64,000 bases of DNA from NCBI GenBank assembly GCA_043228905.1, contig JBHGNT010000013.1, forward strand, positions 13,640,001 through 13,704,000. The letters run 5' to 3'. How positions within the stretch are numbered: the stretch's first letter is position 1; every line of letters begins with the position of its first letter. The notes below the pieces were generated by a model that searched no databases, had not been told where the DNA came from, and saw nothing but the letters and a program-made list of their open reading frames with translations. Shown piece after piece: positions 59,601 to 64,000 of the stretch. The position numbers were made by a program, and so were the translations under genes. Origin of the DNA: Azolla caroliniana (lineage: Eukaryota; Plantae; Polypodiophyta).

Positions 59601-61944
59601 TCCGCTCGTATCGCTTTCAGCTTCTTGCCGGATTCTCTTTCCACTCTCGCGTGGAGTTCTTTGAAGACGGACAATACTTGGTCCTTTGTCTTCAACGGTG
59701 CCGTCCACAGCTTCCGGCTATGGTCATCTATGAATGTTACGAAGTACTGAGCTCCGCCATGTGACTTCGCTTCTACTTGACACACATCAGTGTGTACCAA
59801 CTCCAATGGTGCGCTACGTCTCGTCGGTGGCCTTGAGTGGAAGGAGGTCCGGTTTTGCTTACCGGCCAGACAGTCGGTACACTTCCCCAGGTGTACGTGC
59901 TTTACCGGTATCAGGTTGTCATCGGCAAGCCTCTTCATTCCCTTCTCACTCATGTGGCACAGTCTCTTGTGCCACAGCTCACCGGCAGTGTCGGCTGCCA
60001 CGTTCAGCTCCTCCGGACATAGCCGGGAATTCATCAGGTACAGTGTATTGACCTTCCGGGCCCGAGCCACTATCAGGCTCCCTTTGCTGAACTTCATGAC
60101 ACCGTTCCGGATGCTACCCGTGTAGCCTTCATCATCTAGCCTCTCGGTCGAGATCAGGTTCAGTTGGACCTCCGGAACGTGTCGAACATCCTTCAACAGC
60201 ATCTTGCATCCGGTTGATGTCATCAGCCACACGTCTCCTATGCCGGCAATCCGGCATGTGCCTTCATTTCCCATCCGGACACAGCCGTGCTCACCGGCTG
60301 TGTAGGATGAGAAGTATTTCTTCTCCGGGGTCAGGTGGAACGACGCTCCGGAATCGACCACCCAGGTCATCTCTACACCGGCAAGGTTCAGCTCCCTCTC
60401 TTCGGTAATGAGCATTATCTCTTCTTCACTTGTCGCGAGTGCCGTCGTTCCTTTCCGGTCCTGCCCTCGCCGATCCGGACCTCTCCGGTCCGTGGCTCCC
60501 CGGTATGCACCGTTTCTCTCCGGTGACTTCTTCGAATCGGTGTCGTCGGCTCCGTTGTCCTTTCGGTAATGCCGACAATTCTTCCGGAAGTGCCCCGGTT
60601 TCCCACAGTGGAAGCATGTGGGCCTTCCTCTTGACTGCGACTGGGTCCCTGACTTCTCCCGTCTTTGCGGACTCCGGTTCCATTGTCTTCCCCGATCCGA
60701 TTCGGTAAGCAGCATCTTCGGATCGGAAACCGGTTCTTTATCTCTCCGACGCGCTTCTTCGTTCAAAATGCTTGTCTTTACCGTTTGTAGAGACAAGTTA
60801 TCTTCGGTGTAGGAGGTGCTGAGAGTCACCACCAAGTTCTCCCAGCTTTCCGGCAATGTACACATCAGAATGATGGCTTGCATTGCATCCTCCAGCGGGA
60901 ACTTGATCGCCGCAAGCTGGTTCACGAATCCCATGAACGTGCTCACGTGTTCCACCATATTCTCGCCGTCCCGGTACTTGAGGTTCACTATCTTCCTCAT
61001 CAGGGAGGTCCGGTTCAACGCATTCTTCCTCTCGTAGAGGCCCGACAGCTTCTTCCACATCTCATATGCGTTGGTGTCGTTCGCCACATGTTGTAGAACG
61101 CTTACATCGACATATTGCCGGATCGTCGCTACAGCTTTCCGGTTCAGGAGCTTCCACTCCGACTCTATTACCCCCTTGGGTATCTCGGCATTGTCGATAA
61201 GTTCATACAGGTCTCGGACGATGAGAAGGTCTTCCATCTTTATCTTCCAGTCAGCGTAGTTCTGTGAGTTCAACACCATCATGCCCGGAGGCCCACTACC
61301 ACCGCCTTCCATTTTCTGTGCTACCGTCGCTCTGATACCACTTTGTTGAACAACAATGCTCGGCCGCAACCGAGGAATAGGATCAACTTCACAGAAAACA
61401 GGAAATACAAATTGCACGAAGACAATAGAGAGAAGAGTACACAGAATGTTTTACGTGGAAAACCCTAAATGGGAAAAAACCACGGGAGTCCTCAAACTCC
61501 AACTATCACTATAAACAGAGATGTACAATGGTGAAGCTACAAGGCAACAACCTTGAGCTCACTGTCTTCGCCACAGGCGGCGGTAATACACAGAGGCAAC
61601 GACCTCTTCGTCTCTCTCTCTCTCTCTCTCTCGGCTGCTCACTTAGCTCCCTCTAAGTGGAAAACCAGAAAAATGAGTAACAACCCAAAACTGTTTGCCC
61701 TAAGTCATATTTATACACATATGACTTTCGCGCTATTTACAAATATAGCCTCGCATCCGGATCTCTCTCCGGGTACATTCGTCATCCGGCTCCGGAACCG
61801 GGTCTTCATCATCCGGATCCGGAACCGGGTACTCTTCATCCGGCTTCATGCCGGGTGCTCTTCATCCTCCGGTTCCGTAACCGTAACCGGGCTTGCCGTC
61901 ATTTATCTCCGGACATCCCATCCGGAGGGACCGAAATCCCAACA
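56626..61944 (-). mobile_element. E8: young full-length Ty1/Copia element (Tnt1/Tork-like), inserted in the E7 3' LTR
   Basis: LTRs 56626-57228 and 61344-61944 almost identical; TSD GTATG at 56621-56625 and 61945-61949; iMet PBS at 61329-61340; PPT GAAGGGGGAG. Confidence 0.96.
57239..61312 (-). pseudogene. E8 gag-pol polyprotein with a single in-frame TAG at 59051-59053
   Basis: CFHCGKPGHFRKNC, VDSGAS, HTDVC/DNGGE, QMDVKTAF, YVDD and TDSD; the two ORFs are in the same frame. Confidence 0.94.
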
Positions 61945-62332
61945 GTATGAGGGTTAAACGAGAGTGTAAAGAAGGGGAGGATTACTTTTAAATCCTCGGG
62001 ATTGAGACAACCCATTATGCCAAGTGTGAACATGGTTGGGGGCCTTGGGTATCGCTATAAATAGAGGCCTAGCTACCCTCATTTCAGGATCTTGTTGACT
62101 ATGTCGAGACTCTGCCTTGTGGTGGGTCAACTCTTGTAGCGAGCGCGACAACACCAGGTACGACTCGATGCCACGGCGGTGGTATGGGACGACGATTAAG
62201 GCTCGAGTCCGTCTCGATCCCTTCACTCGGGGGTGGTCGGGTGGATCGGCACCCTTCTTTCTCTCTCTCCTTTCTTTCTATCTACCTAGATCTATCCTTA
62301 TCTAATGCTTACTTTAGTACATGTCTCTAATA

Positions 62333-64000
62333 TTGGCAGGGGTTCGAGAACCGGAGAGCTTTGCCAAAGCCGCTAAAGATCCACGATGGGTTGAAGAGAT
62401 GAACGAGGAGATGCAAGCTCTCAGCAAGAATGAGACATGGGATCTCGTCCCTCACTCATTGTAGAAGAAGGCAATCGGTTGCAGATGGATATACAAAGTG
62501 AATTATAATGCCGACGGTTCCGTTAAGCACTACAAACTACACTCATAGCAAAGGGCGACACACAAACACAGGGAGTCGATTATGAAGAGACCTTTGCCCC
62601 GGCTGCAAAGATGACAACCGTGTGGACCATGATGGCGCTTGCTACAGCGAAAGGGTGGCACCTCCACCAAATGGATGTGAAGAACGCTTTTCTTCAAGGC
62701 AAATTAGAAGAGGAGGTGTACATGGTACAACCACCCGGCTTCCAATCCAATATTCATCCGAAAGCCGTCTGTCGACTCAAGAAGCCTCTCTACAGCCTTA
62801 AGCAAGCACCACGTGCTTGGCACTCACAGATAACATAATATCTTACTTGAATCGGCTTCCGAATGTCAAAATCCGACAATTCTCTCTATGTAAGAAACGA
62901 TTCCGAAAGTTTGATTGTCATCATCCTATACATGGATGATCTGGTCATTGGAGGTGAGCATCTAGTCGACATAAACAAGGTCAAGTCCCTCCTCTCCAAC
63001 AAATTCGAGATGACGGACATGAAAGAGCTCTATTACTTCCTTGGCATTGAGGTAATCCAGACTCCAACTGGAGTAATGATCTCTCAAGGACGCTACATCC
63101 TCAACTTGTTATACAAGTTTGGGATGATCGAGTCCAAATTTGTCGCAACGCCTCCAGACTCCAACTGGAGTAATGATCTCTCAACAACACTACATCCTCA
63201 ACTTGTTATACAAGTTCGGCATGACCGAGTGCAAATTTATGGCAATGCCTCTCGATTGAAACCTCAAATTGGATGGCGACTCCGACACCATACAGTGTGA
63301 GCTGACTCAGTATCGACAACTGATCGGAAGCCTCATCTACCTCACGATCACTCGACCCGACCTGAGCTATCCGGTCGGCCTCCTTAGCCAATTCATGCAA
63401 ACTCCATGAGATATCCATTCGTATTGTGCTAAGTGAGTGCTACGATACATGAGTGGAACGATGGACTATGGCATTCTCTATAAGTCGGCCACACCAATTC
63501 AACTTGAAGGGTACACAGATGCCGACTGGTTCGACTACAAAGCCGATCGACGATCAACCTCTGGTTTAGTCTTCTCCCTTGGAAGTGGAGCCATCTCCTG
63601 GAGTAGCAAGAAGAACCCAATCGTCGCTCTTTCGAGCATAGAGGCCGAATATAGGGGCGCGATGGTGGCTGCATGTGAAGCCGTATGGCTCAAGATGATA
63701 TTGAAGGCTTTGGGCGTTCCCATCAAAGATCTGATTCCCCTTTACTGCGACAATATGAGCAGTATTCAATTGGCTCAGAACCCGGTGTTCCACGCACGCA
63801 CGAAGCATATCGAAGTGCACTATCACTTCATTCGAGAGTGTGCGGCTCGAAAGTCAAAGAATGTATATGATACTAACCGTACATTTTCCCTTCCCACGCT
63901 GGTAGCTCAACTGTTAACCGGTGTTCAGGCTGGAGATGTCGACCTTCAACACATCAACATGAATCTTCAGACAATTGACATCTTCACCAAAGCCCTAGTA
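62333..64000 (+). pseudogene. E9 Copia reverse transcriptase and RNase H (partial, decayed)
   Basis: HQMDVKNAFL, LYSLKQAPRAW, LYMDDL, YTDADW, EAEY, RTKHIEVHYHFIRE. Confidence 0.92.
63843..63920. other. 78-bp foreign insertion in the E9 RNase H region, flanked by GTG duplication
   Basis: Removing the insert and one GTG restores HFIRE(C)VQAGDVDL; insert termini are CGG...CCG. Confidence 0.7.

Larger units (their letters stand above)
43868..62332 (+). mobile_element. E7: second member of the E3 family (TG...TA LTRs), RT-deleted, with both LTRs interrupted
   Basis: 5' LTR 43868-43929 + 50880-51275; PBS TGGTATCCGAGC at 51278; 3' LTR 56553-56625 + 61945-62332; TSD GTGGC/TTGGC (one mismatch). Confidence 0.92.
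32710..64000 (+). mobile_element. E9: old Ty1/Copia element hosting E5 and E7. Its segments are 32710-34523, 42067-43867 and 62333-64000+
   Basis: LTR end ...TTTACA at 33531 with PBS TGGTATCAGAGC at 33532-33543; gag, PR, INT, RT and RNase H continue in Copia order across the insertions. Confidence 0.9.

Noticed and set aside
62195-62222. B box (GGCTCGAGTCC) in the TG...TA family LTR
   Set aside because: It mismatches the invariant GTTC core and has no convincing A box at the right distance.

Overview
Eukaryotic, repeat-dense window, most likely land-plant heterochromatin. The element lineages suggest a seed-free plant such as a bryophyte (inference). No ordinary host gene is present. It holds at least nine LTR retrotransposon insertions (E1-E9), one solo LTR and one LTR stub, nested up to three levels deep. 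Most boundaries can be read directly from LTR termini, PBS, PPT and target-site duplications (TSDs). Under the insertions at ~10.2-25.6 kb lies an older unit with three parts. The first is a minus-strand Sola-like/DUF7869-type DDE transposase pseudogene. The second is a divergently oriented, intron-containing pseudogene for a ParB/Srx-like domain fused to a beta-class N6-adenine/N4-cytosine DNA methyltransferase. The third, inside that gene's first intron, is a 16-copy array of a 33-bp palindrome whose 18-bp spacers occur in both orientations. This unit is the best candidate for an undescribed system. Other signals: tRNA-like Pol III A/B-box modules in the LTRs of four different element families, a Gypsy group with 4-bp RCGY target sites, and a chromovirus family with TG...TA LTR ends. 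All calls come from reading the sequence by eye. No searches were run, and coordinates may be off by a few bases.
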